Assembly (NCBI GenBank): GCA_963754875.1
Contig: CAVWHO010000010.1
Coordinates: 224,001 to 288,000, forward strand
DNA length: 64,000 nucleotides
From: Nitrospirota bacterium
GTDB lineage: Bacteria > Nitrospirota > UBA9217
Direction of reading: 5' to 3'
Shown here piece by piece: positions 63,908 to 64,000 of the stretch. Position 1 is the stretch's first letter; each line of letters starts with the position of its first letter. The position numbers and the translations under genes were made by a program. A model generated the notes under the pieces. The model was not told the origin of the DNA and searched no databases. It was given only the letters and a program-made list of their open reading frames with translations.

Positions 63908-64000
63908 TTGCAGATGGCGGCTATCAATCGGTCTGGTCGATGGATAGGGTGGCTATTTCCGAAGTGGAGCCAAGCTTAAAAGAGGAGGTCGGCTATGACT

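Overview
Chromosomal window from a Gram-negative bacterium. LPS heptose adenylyltransferase, an MlaFED-type transporter, futalosine-pathway MqnA and a cbb3 oxidase resemble Nitrospirota/Desulfobacterota; this lineage call is inference only. Layout: (1) 1-9.6 kb core block: end of an M48 peptidase, an RsbU/RsbW/RsbV-like partner-switching module in line with mlaE-mlaF-mlaD, hisS, a phosphoesterase, a phosphohexomutase and eno. (2) 9.7-21.9 kb accessory block: SnoaL-like protein, a 7-bladed beta-propeller lipoprotein behind a sigma54-type promoter, a complete group II intron inserted in sense orientation into an integron attC site (its predicted EBS1 loop matches the attC), a DHFR-family gene cassette with a second attC and no integrase in the window, an AT-rich four-gene envelope module, and a hybrid histidine kinase. 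(3) 22-27.7 kb: zincin, rfaE2, Rrf2 and ccoNOQPG-S. (4) 27.9-44 kb: TetR-TolC-RND, mqnA, CDF, polyprenol kinase-like gene, TolC-SRPBCC-MacAB, a class I terpene synthase, galT and an OYE flavoenzyme. (5) 44-64 kb: a decaying second MacAB-TolC, a His-rich small protein, a DevBCA-like exporter, Spy/CpxP, and a roughly 10-gene Cys/Met-rich NosL/redoxin/beta-barrel/ABC cluster without nosZ. Several genes carry single-base frameshifts, mostly +1 and probably assembly errors. No rRNA, tRNA or CRISPR array was recognised.
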